The notes beneath the pieces are model-generated. The model did not search any database. It was given only the letters and a program-made list of their open reading frames with translations, and was not told the DNA's origin. Position numbers and translations under genes: made by a program. DNA of 63,840 bases, filler included, from Octopus bimaculoides (taxonomy: Eukaryota), in assembly GCF_001194135.2 (NCBI RefSeq). It is 8 parts of 8 records of this genome, joined end to end, with 100 filler letters (N's around TTAATTAATTAA, not from the genome) between each part and the next. Parts side by side here need not be neighbours in the genome. Positions count along the whole stretch, not along the records: positions 26,556 to 29,024 come from NC_068990.1; positions 29,125 to 36,489 come from NC_068987.1; positions 36,590 to 60,153 come from NC_069006.1; 5 more parts are not named here. The stretch is one strand, 5' to 3'. Below, in pieces: positions 26,562-40,214 of this stretch. The number at the start of each line of letters is the position of its first letter. Within the stretch, counting starts at the first letter, position 1.

Positions 26562-26593
<32 letters not shown>

Positions 26594-26699
26594 TGTATGT
26601 ATGTATGTATGTACGTATGTATGCATGTATGTGTGTATGTATGTATGTATCTATCTATCTGTCTATCTATCTACACTACTATTACTTGAAAACATCCTC

Positions 26700-26915
26700 T
26701 AATGTGTGGTATTTGGTGAACGAGGCTCATTGTGATATGGCTATTTTTCACAACAGAAAATGTGCATCTTTTCCTGAAGTGTGTTTCTTAACGCATACTA
26801 GGTTCATCCAGCACTCTTGACAGGAGGCAATCCAGTATTGTTTTTAAGGTACCTAGAACCATCCCATGAAGTTCTCTCAGGGTTTGTGGGAGGATACTGA
26901 AGAACTGTGGATCCT
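26700..26915 (-). mobile_element. CR1-like LINE ORF2 C-terminal remnant
   Basis: PQFFSILPQTLRELHG....LKTILDCLLSRVLDEP...SLVHQIP resembles the LINE 3' motif P.LFN.LP..LR...FK..LD.FL..VPDEP. Confidence 0.6.
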
Positions 26916-27223
26916 TATTGGTACATATAAATATGCACTTATATGATATGTGCTAGTATACATATACATACATGAATGCATACATGTATACATAATCACA
27001 TCAATACACATACACATGCATACGCACATACATACATACATAGTCTTTCGTTCCGAACAAGTCCTAACACAGAACAGAATTATTACAAAGTAAATATTTT
27101 TTAATTACGGGTTAACACGAGTCTGTATTCCCTAGGTCATACCGGCATTGACTGGATGTGTATCCATATGCATACGTGTATGTATATGTCTATGCGTATA
27201 CGTTTGTGTCTGTGTGCGCATGC

Positions 27224-27272
<49 letters not shown>

Positions 27273-28210
27273 TCTAAAGCGATTGTGAATTTTACATTAC
27301 ATTTTCTTTTTTTCTTTTTTTTTATTGTACATATGTCATCGGAAAAAAAAAGCGTAACATTAATAGAATCGTGATTAAACTGAAAAACAAATCAAATAAG
27401 CGATAAAAAAAAACACAGAAAAAATAAGACCACATATATAAGAAGTTCNNNNNNNNNNNNNNNNNNNNNNNNNNNNNNNNNNNNNNNNNNNNNNNNNNNN
27501 NNNNNNNNNNNNNNNNNNNNNNNNNNNNNNNNNNNNNNNNNNNNNNNNNNNNNNNNNNNNNNNNNNNNNNNNNNNNNNNNNNNNNNNNNNNNNNNNNNNN
27601 NNNNNNNNNNNNNNNNNNNNNNNNNNNNNNNNNNNNNNNNNNNNNNNNNNNNNNNNNNNNNNNNNNNNNNNNNNNNNNNNNNNNNNNNNNNNNNNNNNNN
27701 NNNNNNNNNNNNNNNNNNNNNNNNNNNNNNNNNNNNNNNNNNNNNNNNNNNNNNNNNNNNNNNNNNNNNNNNNNNNNNNNNNNNNNNNNNNNNNNNNNNN
27801 NNNNNNNNNNNNNNNNNNNNNNNNNNNNNNNNNNNNNNNNNNNNNNNNNNNNNNNNNNNNNNNNNNNNNNNNNNNNNNNNNNNNNNNNNNNNNNNNNNNN
27901 NNNNNNNNNNNNNNNNNNNNNNNNNNNNNNNNNNNNNNNNNNNNNNNNNNNNNNNNNNNNNNNNNNNNNNNNNNNNNNNNNNNNNNNNNNNNNNNNNNNN
28001 NNNNNNNNNNNNNNNNNNNNNNNNNNNNNNNNNNNNNNNNNNNNNNNNNNNNNNNNNNNNNNNNNNNNNNNNNNNNNNNNNNNNNNNNNNNNNNNNNNNN
28101 NNNNNNNGTGTGTGTCTGTACGTATAAAACCTGTTTAGAAAATATCATATGTAGTAAATAGTAACACACACACACATTTATATACATTTCTAAAACAAGC
28201 ACACACGCGT

Positions 28211-28246
<36 letters not shown>

Positions 28247-28813
28247 ACACATACATACATATATATATAAAATACCCAAATGAATATTGTCTTGCTTTTA
28301 GAATGTTGACAAGCCACGTTTGTGTTTCTTCATCGTAGCATCCAACAAGACAGACAATCAATTAATTATTCTGTCTGTAATTTTCAAAATTTCAACGAGA
28401 ATCAATAAACATCATTTTACGAAGACAAAACAAAGTTAAGCTTAAAACCACTGAAGTAACATCAAGATGGTATTACATATAGTAATATAAAGTCGTTGCA
28501 CAAATGTAACTTCACTGTATATAATGACAATTTTAGGTGCTCTTATGCATGCGGTTACGTGTATTTATTTCTTGCTCTTTCTCCCTCCCTGCCTCATTTC
28601 TTCACTGTATATACACATAGACCTATACACGTATATATCCGCTCACAAATACACGCATTGTATGTGTGTGCATATGTGTGTATGTTTGTATATCTATAAA
28701 TATATNNNNNNNNNNNNNNNNNNNNNNNNNNNNNNNNNNNNNNNNNNNNNNNNNNNNNNNNNNNNNTATGTGCATATATTTATATAATATATATTTCATG
28801 TATGTATATATAA

Positions 28814-28984
28814 ATATTTATATAAAGGGCATTATTACAGAAAATAATAACGCCACACAGTGGGCTTTTCAAAATAACCACATTTAGTACCTAATACCTC
28901 GCATTAGGTACTAAATGTGGTTATTTTGAGAAGTCCACTGTGTGACGTTATTATTTTCTGTAATAATGCCCTTTATATAAATAT
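28814..28984. repeat. 171-bp near-perfect palindrome (82-bp arms, 7-nt loop), MITE-like
   Basis: 28814-28895 is the reverse complement of 28903-28984 except for 3 positions. Confidence 0.93.
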
Positions 28985-29991
28985 AAACGAATAATTATAT
29001 TCTTGGGAATAGAAATTTCCCTTANNNNNNNNNNNNNNNNNNNNNNNNNNNNNNNNNNNNNNNNNNNNTTAATTAATTAANNNNNNNNNNNNNNNNNNNN
29101 NNNNNNNNNNNNNNNNNNNNNNNNTATATATATATATACATATATATACTAATAAATATATGTTTCTATATATATACGTGTGTTTATATATATGTATGTG
29201 CGTGTGTGGAAGTATATATATTTATAGATGTATATATCAGCTTATATATGTGGATATATATATATATATGCATGCATATGTATTATGTATACAGACATAA
29301 ATGTCTACATATGTATATACGCATACATACATACAAACATATAAATTGAAGCTATTTGCTACTGCCGCATAACGAAAATGGTAACACGAGGTTATCCCCT
29401 TAGGAGTGCATCCCTCTGGATTAATATATGAACCAGAACAGCGTATCCACAGTCAATGACACACCACCGGACTCGTATCACCAACAATACAGCACTCATA
29501 ACCATTATCGTCAGCATTATCGTCTTGATCAAGCAATAGCAAATAATATTGATTTATGTGTTTGGTTTTTTTTGGGTTTTTTTTTTTAATAATAAGAAGA
29601 GCTGCTGCACCTACAAAAAAAAAAAAAAGAAAAAGAAAACTTAAAGAATAAATTAATAGTTTTGTATTTCTGCCTCCTGGGAGGAAGCAAACTTGTTGTT
29701 TAGATAAAACAGTTGTTTGTTAGTTTTTTGTTCAATTGTTGAAAGGTGGCTTGTCCTGGTGGTGATGGTGGTGTTGTGAAGGAGGATTGGATAGGGTTGA
29801 GAAGGGTGCTAGAGAAGGCAGTAGTGATGGTAGTTGTTGGTAGCATAATGGCAATGGGCGAGAGGTACTCGTGTATTGGTGATAGCTCGGTATCGGTGGT
29901 GTTGGAGTATGCGGCGGTAAAATACTATTGATGATATTTAGCTTTAGACGAATGGCAATGTTCAAAATTGATGTCACTGCTATTGATACTG

Positions 29992-30072
<81 letters not shown>

Positions 30073-30096
30073 ACTACTACTACTACTACTACTGCT

Positions 30097-30514
30097 AAGG
30101 CGGCGAGCTGGCAGAAATGTTAGCACGCCGGGCGAAATGCTTAGCGGTATTTCGTCTGCCTTTACGTTCTGAGTTCCATTTCCGCCGAGGTCGACTTTGC
30201 CTTTCATCCTTTCGGGGTCGATAAATTAAGTACCAGTTTCACACTGGAGTCGATCTAATCGACTGCTCCCCCCCCCTCCTCAAAAAATTTCGGGCCTTGT
30301 GCCTAGAGTAGAAAAGAATCGTTAGCACGCCGGGCAAAGTGTTTAGTGACATTCCGTCCGTCTCCACGTTCTGAGTTCAAATTCCACCGAGGTCGACTTT
30401 GCCTTTCATCCTTTCGGGGTCGATAAATTAAGTTCTAGTGAAATACTGGGGTCGATGTAATTGACTAGTCTCCTCCCCACAAATTTCAGGCCTTGTGCCT
30501 TTAGTTTAAAGAAG
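30097..30514 (+). mobile_element. Two tandem SINE family A copies
   Basis: AAGGCGGCGAGCTGGCAGAA...GAGGTCGACTTTGCCTTTCATCCTTTCGGGGTCGATAAATTAAGT; the second copy starts at ~30318 with a truncated head. Confidence 0.9.
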
Positions 30515-31499
30515 TATTATTATTATTGTTGAGGCTGATACTTGTGTGATAGTGCTCCATTTCGAAGATTATTGTAGTTGGGTTTTACATACTTGCAATT
30601 AATCTTCATAGTTGTAATAGTAACGATAATAGTAGTAGTATACCATGAACACCCAGGTATAATTTGATTACATGTCAAAAATACTTTCTCCTTTCTAAGT
30701 TGGGTAAAGACAATCGGGAATTTTCCCTATATTTGCGCGTAAAGCATGACTGTATGTTTTCGAAAGTTACTGACCAACTGTTGAATTTAGATATATCCTC
30801 CTACATATAAAAGTCAGGACAAAGAAATATTTTTGTCCATTTTTTACGTGTTTGCACGTCAGTGTAACTCACTGACGCATCATTAATGTGTCCTGGAAAT
30901 GGTACGTAATTCTATTATTTACAAAAGTTGTTACAATTTTAAAGGAAATCTAAGCTAACTTATTATTTTGCGATATAAAAAGTGACTTTGTGGCCGACTG
31001 CAACAAGTCTACGTCTATTTAAGTTACGCTATTTCATTCACTTTCAATTTGTAAATGTTTGGGAGACTAGATGCTAGTTTTATTTTTGTATTACTTTTTT
31101 CCCTCACCTTTTTTTTTTTTTTTTTTTTTTTTNNNNNNNNNNTTTTTTTTTTTTTTTGTTATTTTCGCGGCTGGTCTTTCATGCATTTATCTACTGCACG
31201 TATTTCATAGTTATCTTTTGTGTGGTAAATCAACCGAGATCAGTTTCCGTGAAGCATTGAAGGATATACTATATGTCATTAATACCGTTGCAGTTATACA
31301 TTTTTGTCATCACAATAAGTACAAATCAGAAAAGCTAGCAAAAATGTATGGTAGCATTTAAACTGAGAGTTATTAAAACTGTAGAAAAGATAACTGTGCT
31401 AAAGCAAAGGATTTTATAATTCGATAAAAAAAAAAGGGAACGAGAAATATATCGGACAAGTTTCAGAATATAGCCCACTCACTCACCCATCAAAAAGAA

Positions 31500-31800
31500 A
31501 AGGATAAATAAAATGCCATCATAGCTAAGCCAAACAACTTTCCAAACTTAGAGAAAAATAAGTTGCTCTGTGGATATTAAAAAACTTGTCTAAGTGGAAA
31601 ATGCGTCTTTAGAGAAGCCTACAGAATTATGCACAGGAAGAATTAAAGGAAGCAGGAATTTTAGATTAGATTTCAAGACAAGTATTGGATGGCGTGCAGG
31701 TTCATGAAAAGAAATGATTTAGAACTTTGGCAGAAAACTAAGATTACGCAAAAGCTGCCTGATAAACTAAACGATAAGATATGGCGATTTCCGCAGTTTA
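31500..31800 (+). mobile_element. pogo/Tigger-like transposase fragment (CENP-B-type HTH)
   Basis: Frameshifted ..FPNLE..; DFKTSIGW..FMKRNDL..KTKITQKLPDKL.DKI matches the pogo F.AS.GW..RFMKR..L..R..T...QKLP pattern. Confidence 0.6.
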
Positions 31801-32394
31801 CAAGATCGAAATGGTGATTTTGCAATGAACTGTATGATGTAAGCTGTGATGTGTAGAATCAAATTACACCTTTTTTTAAAAATATTTTTCTTACTAATTT
31901 CTATGTGAATTGGGCTTCCGGTGATATGTGGTATATGATACTTTGTACTCATAATCAATTTCGTCATAATACTCCATTTCTAATAAAAATTATCACTTTT
32001 AGTTTTGCCAACTGTGTAGAATAGTTTTTGCGAAGTAGGTGCAATAAGAGCTAAAAATATACATTGTTTTCATCAGTTCTTACTTAATCTGCGTAGCCTA
32101 TATGACCGCCAAAATTTCTTTAAACTGATTTTATGGTAGTTAACTTTATTGCCTGTTATTTTTGACATCTCTTGTCCGTGTTCTGTTTTCTAATTGCAAG
32201 GATAACCTCAGTTGTTGTTTTTTTTCTTCAACTCACTATATTACATATATGAGGTCCTACCGTATTTGTATTTAACAAGCAGAACGCTCTCCCGAGGTGT
32301 TTTCTCTCAAACATATTATTGGACAATATGATCCGAAGTGAACTATTTACTATTCCTAATTGTGAAACTGAATCATGGCTGGAAACACTAGCTC

Positions 32395-32515
32395 CGGTAG
32401 GGGTGGTAGTTTTAAAGGGGCAGCACTTTTGGGTCTGCTGTAGGCAATATAGGGTCCGGGGGCGGCAAACAGAAGGGCCGCCCCGGGCAGCACACACCCT
32501 AGCTACGCTAGAGGC
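32395..32515 (-). mobile_element. GC-rich DNA-transposon/MITE terminus
   Basis: Reverse complement begins (C)TAGCGTAGCTAGGGTGTGTGCTGCCCGGGGCGG, resembling CAGTGGCGTAGC-type termini. Confidence 0.45.
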
Positions 32516-32754
32516 TGGAAGGATTTTGATCAAAATCAGTGAATAAGAGAATGTACAAGGGATGAAAGTAGCTGGAAGTGTTATTGTTTAGCTCTAGGTG
32601 AGCTTTGATGAAACTCTTATGTTCAAAGACAACTGAGCCATGACTATCCCACCTTCTCTGAAATACATTGATTCATATTGCATTCTCCAATGAGCACCTC
32701 CCCTTTTTTTAAGAAAAAATTAAAACTCATAAAAACAAAACAAAACAAAACAGG

Positions 32755-32847
32755 GTTCAGAACCACTACGTGGCACATTGTGCATGTGTATTCTTGCTCG
32801 GGCCAACTTGTGAGTGGGTTTGGTAGACGGAAACTGAAAGAAGCCCA

Positions 32848-32897
<50 letters not shown>

Positions 32898-33100
32898 TTG
32901 TCCCGCACCGCTGCTTGAGAACCGGTGTTGGTGTGTTTGCGTCTCCGTAACTTAACGGTACGACCTAAGGGACTGATAGAATAAATACTAGGCTCAACAA
33001 AAAAGCCAGAAAAAAAGAAAAAAAAAGTCCAGGGGGTTGATTCATTCGACTAGAAAAAAAAATGTTCAAGGCGGTGTCCCAGGATGGCTGCAGTCAAGTA
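32755..33100 (+). mobile_element. SINE family B, 5'-truncated, with full tail
   Basis: GGTAGACGGAAACTGAAAGAAGCCC-(TG)n-...GATAGAATAAATACTAGG...CAAGGCGGTG.CCCAG.ATGGC. Confidence 0.8.
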
Positions 33101-35171
33101 GAAGAATAAAAGAACAGAACAACAAAAAGAAAAACAGAAAGTAGTGTGCGATTTGAGAGAGATTTAGTTGGTGTTCTTAGCAAGTCGAGCTGCCACATAG
33201 GGTTTCAGCGGAAGGGATTTAGTAAGCCGATAGCACACGATTAGTTTGTTGGTGATAGCGGTGTCCAATGGGTCTGGGGTGTAAGTCGGTAAGCAGGTTG
33301 TTAATAGGGGAGGCGTGGTGGCTGGCGGTAGCTGCCTCTCTTGTCTCTACTGCAGCAGCTACTGTAGGTTGATATAGGAAATAGTCTCTATTTGTGTCCG
33401 TTGTCAATAATGGAGTTCTGCTGGAGTGGGGGCGGTCTCAGCCGTTACAGCAATTAGTAGAAATAACGATGGGTGTAGTGGCGATGGTTGTGGTGGTGGT
33501 GTATACGCGATACCACTGTTGATAGTACAAGTCAAGGAAATCTGAGTAAGCTAACTGCAGTGTTGAGGTTAGTAATGATGGGTAGCTGCATTGCCGTTGA
33601 CGGCGGTGGTGGTAATGGTGACTGTGTTAGAGATGTTAGCTGTGGTCGTAGTTTCGGTAGTGGCTGAGGTGCTTGTGGTGGTGGTGGTGGTAGTGGTGGT
33701 GGTGGTGATGCTGGTGGTGATGTTGGTGGTGGTGGTGGTAATGNNNNNNNNNNNNNNNNNNNNNNNNNNNNNNNNNNNNNNNNNNNNNNNNNNNNNNNNN
33801 NNNNNNNNNNNNNNNNNNNNNNNNNNNNNNNNNNNNNNNNNNNNNNNNNNNNNNNNNNNNNNNNNNNNNNNNNNNNNNNNNNNNNNNNNNNNNNNNNNNN
33901 NNNNNNNNNNNNNNNNNNNNNNNNNNNNNNNNNNNNNNNNNNNNNNNNNNNNNNNNNNNNNNNNNNNNNNNNNNNNNNNNNNNNNNNNNNNNNNNNNNNN
34001 NNNNNNNNNNNNNNNNNNNNNNNNNNNNNNNNNNNNNNNNNNNNNNNNNNNNNNNNNNNNNNNNNNNNNNNNNNNNNNNNNNNNNNNNNNNNNNNNNNNN
34101 NNNNNNNNNNNNNNNNNNNNNNNNNNNNNNNNNNNNNNNNNNNNNNNNNNNNNNNNNNNNNNNNNNNNNNNNNNNNNNNNNNNNNNNNNNNNNNNNNNNN
34201 NNNNNNNNNNNNNNNNNNNNNNNNNNNNNNNNNNNNNNNNNNNNNNNNNNNNNNNNNNNNNNNNNNNNNNNNNNNNNNNNNNNNNNNNNNNNNNNNNNNN
34301 NNNNNNNNNNNNNNNNNNNNNNNNNNNNNNNNNNNNNNNNNNNNNNNNNNNNNNNNNNNNNNNNNNNNNNNNNNNNNNNNNNNNNNNNNNNNNNNNNNNN
34401 NNNNNNNNNNNNNNNNNNNNNNNNNNNNNNNNNNNNNNNNNNNNNNNNNNNNNNNNNNNNNNNNNNNNNNNNNNNNNNNNNNNNNNNNNNNNNNNNNNNN
34501 NNNNNNNNNNNNNNNNNNNNNNNNNNNNNNNNNNNNNNNNNNNNNNNNNNNNNNNNNNNNNNNNNNNNNNNNNNNNNNNNNNNNNNNNNNNNNNNNNNNN
34601 NNNNNNNNNNNNNNNNNNNNNNNNNTGATGGTGGTGGTGGTGGTTGAGGTGCTTATGCTGATGATGATAATGGTGTCAGCAATGATGGTTGTGTTGTTAT
34701 TGTTGGTGATGTAGCTGTGTTAGTGTTGGTGGTGGTAGCGGTGGTGTGTGGTTGTTGTTGTTGTTGGTGGTGGTGAAGGTGGTGTGTTGGTGTTGGTGTT
34801 GTTGCTGTTGGTGGTGGCGGCGTTGGTTGTAGTTCGGTGATGGTGACGATACGAATACTAGGTTGTTGTGTGGTGGTGGAGACGACGATGACTGGAGTGG
34901 TGGATGCGTTGGTGGTGGAGTTGACATGAGATTATATCTATAAGATCAGTTACTTTAGTAAGGATAGTCTCAAAACTCTCTCCCTCTATTTCTATTGCTC
35001 TCTTTCTTTCTCTCTTACTTTCCTTGTTTTCTCTCTCACAATTGGTTGAGGGGGATTTTCTTTAGTTGATATCGAAACGGATGAGCAGGGAAGTAAATTA
35101 ATGACATAAGGACACCTACACAGAATCATTTCAAGTCTGAGGTTGTTTGGTAGGGAAATAAGAGAGAATTA

Positions 35172-35242
<71 letters not shown>

Positions 35243-36264
35243 ATGGGTGAGAGCAGACACAGTTGACTATAACATAATAGCAGAGACATAAATGGAGAGA
35301 AACACAAAGAAATAGAGGAGAAAAATAGACGGAAATCTAGGGGAAGGAAGTACAGAAAACAGAGGTCAAGAGATGAAACAAAAGAAGGAAAATAACAGAA
35401 CAAAAACTAGTCAGGACGATGAAATACATAAACACACAAACTAAATGAATAAAAATAGAAAACAAAGTGGGAGAGAGAAAATATATGATATATATGAAAG
35501 AGAAGAGAGAATTCATAGAGACAGCGAGAAGGAAAGAAAGAGAATGTGCAAAGAGGTGGACGAGGTGAATGCAAGAGTTGGCATTGGTGTCTTAATCTAC
35601 TTTACTGTTAAGTCATAACAGAGAGACGACAGCTTGTATTTGGAAACATTGAAGACTAAAAGAAAACTAAGATAATAGTCTAGCTGGTTGTGTAAGAGAC
35701 TGGAGTCGTGCCCATATTCTATAACGTTCACAGCTTCTGCTTGCAGATGTCTTTGTTGTTGCTATTTTCGTTGATAATTGTTTTATGAGCTAGACTTTGG
35801 TGGCGAAAAATAGGTTTCATTTTGACTGCACAACTCTTTCTCACTTAACTAAAAAAGACTGTAGTTTATGAAGAAGAAGAATGCAATATAATGACATTCG
35901 TGTTCTTACTGGGTCTCTCCCTCTCTCTTTCTCTCTCTCTCTCACACTCTCCCTTTACCTCTTTCGCTCCCTCTCTTTCTCTCTCTCTCTCTCTCTCTCC
36001 CTCCCCCTCTCTTTCTTTCTCTCTCTCTCTCTCCCTCCCCCTCTCTTTCTCTGTCTTTCTCTCATCTATTTAGCCACTGATAGGACAGACCAATGGTCAG
36101 AGCCGCTCCAGTCCTAACTACCACATCATATTAGTGTTATCTTTTTTGTGCTTTTGAGACACGCAGAGAGATACTGAAGGAAGATTGTTGGCTATTTTTA
36201 GCAGGACGAGCAATCATGCACAGGCTTTTCTCATTTTAGTGATAGATATTTTGAATACGGACGC

Positions 36265-36489
36265 TCTTTTACTTGTTTCAGTCATTTGACTGTGGCGATG
36301 CTGGAGCACCGCCTTTTTTAGTCGAGCTAATCGACCCCAGGTCTTATTCTTTGTAAGCCTAGTACTTATTCTATCGGTCTCTTTTGCCGAACCGCTAAGT
36401 GACGGGGACGTTAAACACACCAGCATCGGTTGTCAAGCGATGTTGAGGGGATAAACACAGACACAAAGACACACACACACACACACACA
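36265..36489 (-). mobile_element. SINE family B tail
   Basis: Reverse complement of the tail seen at 32900-33100. Confidence 0.8.
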
Positions 36490-38123
36490 NNNNNNNNNNN
36501 NNNNNNNNNNNNNNNNNNNNNNNNNNNNNNNNNTTAATTAATTAANNNNNNNNNNNNNNNNNNNNNNNNNNNNNNNNNNNNNNNNNNNNATATATATAGG
36601 TATATGTATATATAGATATGTATGTGCGTGTATATATGTGTGTGTGTGTGCATCTATATATGCATATATGTATATATATGTGTGTGTGTGTATTATATAT
36701 TCCAGTGTTTTATCCTTCTCTCTATATCCATCTCTATCTGTGTCTTGTTCTGTATGTGAATGTATTGTGTATGGGTGTTTATCTGTGCACACACACACAC
36801 ACACGCACACACACACAGACACAGACACACACCCACACACACACACAGACACAGACACACACCCACACACACCCATATATGCATACATACGCACATACAC
36901 ACATATGTATGTATATATGCATGTATGTGTGTGTGCCTATGTACAAATATATATATATATATATATACATTTATACATATACACACATATACACATATGT
37001 GTGTGTTGTATATATACATATACATATATATATATGTGTGTGTGTCTACACAAATACACACACGTGTGTGTCTACACAAATACACACACGTGTGTGTCTA
37101 TATATGTGTGGGGAATGTAAATATGTATGTATTTATGTTTATAAACGTCTATCTATGTCTGTGTGAAAATAAAATTATATCATAGCCAAGTTAGACTTAA
37201 TTATTACATTACTTCGTTAAGAGGCATCTGAAGACTAACAACATATCATAACCTCAGCCAGACTGAAAATTTGGAAAGGCTTTTTCATCTTAGTTTTCTC
37301 TTTTACATGGTTATTGCAATTATTATTATTATTATTATTATCATTATTATTATTTGTTTTGTTTTGTTTTGTTTTTTTTGTATTACTTTGCTCTCCATAT
37401 TTCTAGTTATGACGGTTCTATGCCATGTTAGTATGTCATATTAATTATTTAAAAAAGCTTGCTCAGTCTTTCTCTTTGCTCATCCATCCCCACAGAAACT
37501 TTCTTTTTTTTCTGTTTTCTTGGCCAATCAGATCCATAATATATACTCGTAAACTAAACATTGGTCAAATCTCGCATTTGTTTCATTTAATACAAACAGC
37601 AAAGCTACCCGATTGATAAGAATCTTGGGGAAACTCGAGATCAAAACTCAATGGCCATCATTGACTTCGTTGTTGTCATTGTCATCTTTGTCATCGTTGT
37701 CATTATCATTAGTAAGGCGCTGCATTTCAACCACTGCATTTCAGGACCCGTGCCTATAGGAGAAATGACTATTATTGCTCAGATTGATCTGAATGGCATA
37801 AAATGTGTCATATTGCATCTAAACAACTTGAGCTGAAGAAACAGAACAAAAAAAGAACAAAAAAACTTTATCCTGTAATCAACAGACACATTTGTTCAAT
37901 CCCTGGCAGAATCAAAACCATTATTGTCCCCATTGTGGCTTCATAGCAAAATCCATACCTAGACTCAAATTAAATTCATGCATCCATCACAAATAGATGT
38001 AGCCTCTTTTTTTTTTTTTTTTTCCTTTCATTCAAACACTCATACATAAAAATTGACAGGAGAGACCATTTCTATTATTATTAATAATAATATTATTATC
38101 ATTATTATTATTACTATTATTAC

Positions 38124-38159
<36 letters not shown>

Positions 38160-38305
38160 AGTAAAAGTCTAATGCAGATGCTGGCAAAACTTGTAGTTGT
38201 TTAGTTTTTGTCGATGATGATGATGATGATGATAACAGTGGAGATATTGTCAAAAAAAGTTGAGGACGCTGTTACTGATGCTGATGAAAGTGGAGAAGGA
38301 GAATA

Positions 38306-38344
<39 letters not shown>

Positions 38345-38587
38345 CTGATGATGATGATGATGATGATGATGATGTTGTTCAAGAATGCTTTTGATGATGA
38401 TTACAATACATAGTAGACAAAAGAATGTGACAGAAAAAATTCATAATATGTATGTATGTATGTGTGACTGTGTATGTATATATGTGTGTGTGTATGCATG
38501 TATATTGTTGCCTGTCTGTTCTGTGTATCTGTCTGTCCCTGCATTTCTTGTTTACATACATACAAATACATACATACATACATATAT

Positions 38588-38629
<42 letters not shown>

Positions 38630-38811
38630 ATGTACAGATAGATAGATAGATATACATACATGCAAGCATATGTATGTGTGTGAGGTGTGTGTGTGTGTGT
38701 GTGTACATATGGATGTATATGTATATATGTATATCTACTGATACATGCACACATACACACGTATGGGGTATATCTTCCAAGAGATAGACTGGAGCAAAAG
38801 ACATAATAATG

Positions 38812-38872
<61 letters not shown>

Positions 38873-39477
38873 CAATGATAGAACTAAAATAAAAAAAATA
38901 AACAGAAAGTTAAGTAAAAAAACAGTCCAACAATGTTACAATAAGAGAACTGCAGACAAAAGCATTTTTAACAACAGCAAGAACAACTGCGACAACAACA
39001 AACTCATGCAAAACACTACATAAATGCCCTTTAATGATGATTTTTGGCCTTGTTTTTTTGAAGGTTTATTTCTGATGACTGCTGNNNNNNNNNNNNNNNN
39101 NNNNNNNNNNNNNNNNNNNNNNNNNNNNNNNNNNNNNNNNNNNNNNNNNNNNNNNNNNNNNNNNNNNNNNNNNNNNNNNNNNNNNNNNNNNNNNNNNNNN
39201 NNNNNNNNNNNNNNNNNNNNNNNNNNNNNNNNNNNNNNNNNNNNNNNNNNNNNNNNNNNNNNNNNNNNNNNNNNNNNNNNNNNNNNNNNNNNNNNNNNNN
39301 NNNNNNNNNNNNNNNNNNNNNNGCAGCTGCTGTGGTTGTAGTAGTCATGGTGGTGGTGGTGGTGGTGGTAATGGTGGCAGTGGTGGTGGTGGTGGTGGTG
39401 GTGGTGGTGATGGTGGTAGTAGTAGTAGTAGTAGTCATGGTGATAGTAGCGTTGATGGTTGGTGTGGTAGTGGCAGT

Positions 39478-39893
39478 GGTTTAGCATTCAGATTACTTTC
39501 TCAAATGTAACGCTTATTTATTCATATTGTTTTGAATTAATCATGGACTGTTTCATAGCTTCAAGATTTCCTGATATAATTGTTTATTTTTAGAATGACA
39601 TTGTAGGACAAGCATGAAAGGCTGGATCAAGCTTGTACAGGTAGAATATTTTGACCAGATATGGTCAGTTTAACCCTTCAGCATTCGGATTATTCTGTCA
39701 AATGTAATGCTTATTTATTCACTGTCTCATGATTAATCATACATTATCTCATAGCTTTGAGATTTCAATGAAGTAATTCTTTTATTTGGAGAATGACATT
39801 GTAGTGTTGGTATGAGAAGCCAGATATGGCTGGTTTGAACATAAAACAGGTAGAATATTTTGGTCAGATATGGCTGGCTGAAATGCTAAATGG
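39478..39893 (+). mobile_element. Tandem dimer of a ~200-bp piggyBac-like MITE
   Basis: Two aligned units. The second begins TTAA-CCCTTCAGCATT and ends AATGCTAAATGG, a short TIR of the TTAACCC...GGGTTAA type. Confidence 0.7.
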
Positions 39894-39950
39894 TTGGATG
39901 ATGAATTTGCAGAGTCGATTGGGCATCAATATGAAATGCCTTAAGGATAT

Positions 39951-40078
39951 TGATTATTATGTGTAGGGCACAGTTGAGCAAGTAACCAACAAAACTCCTT
40001 ATAATACCAAAGATGAACTGAAGGCAAATATTATGGCAGCATTCACCATCTTAAACAAGAAGACCATCCAGAAAAGTT

Positions 40079-40080
<2 letters not shown>
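39951..40080 (+). mobile_element. maT/DD37D-like transposase C-terminal fragment
   Basis: DYYV*GTVEQVTNKTPYNTKDELKANIMAAFTILNKKTIQKSC. Confidence 0.7.
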
Positions 40081-40135
<55 letters not shown>

Positions 40136-40214
40136 GGATAATAGATAATGCACTCTTGATTAAATATTATGGTTTGTTTGTCCTCTCCATAATGTCCCAT
40201 GTTATCTTCTGCAG

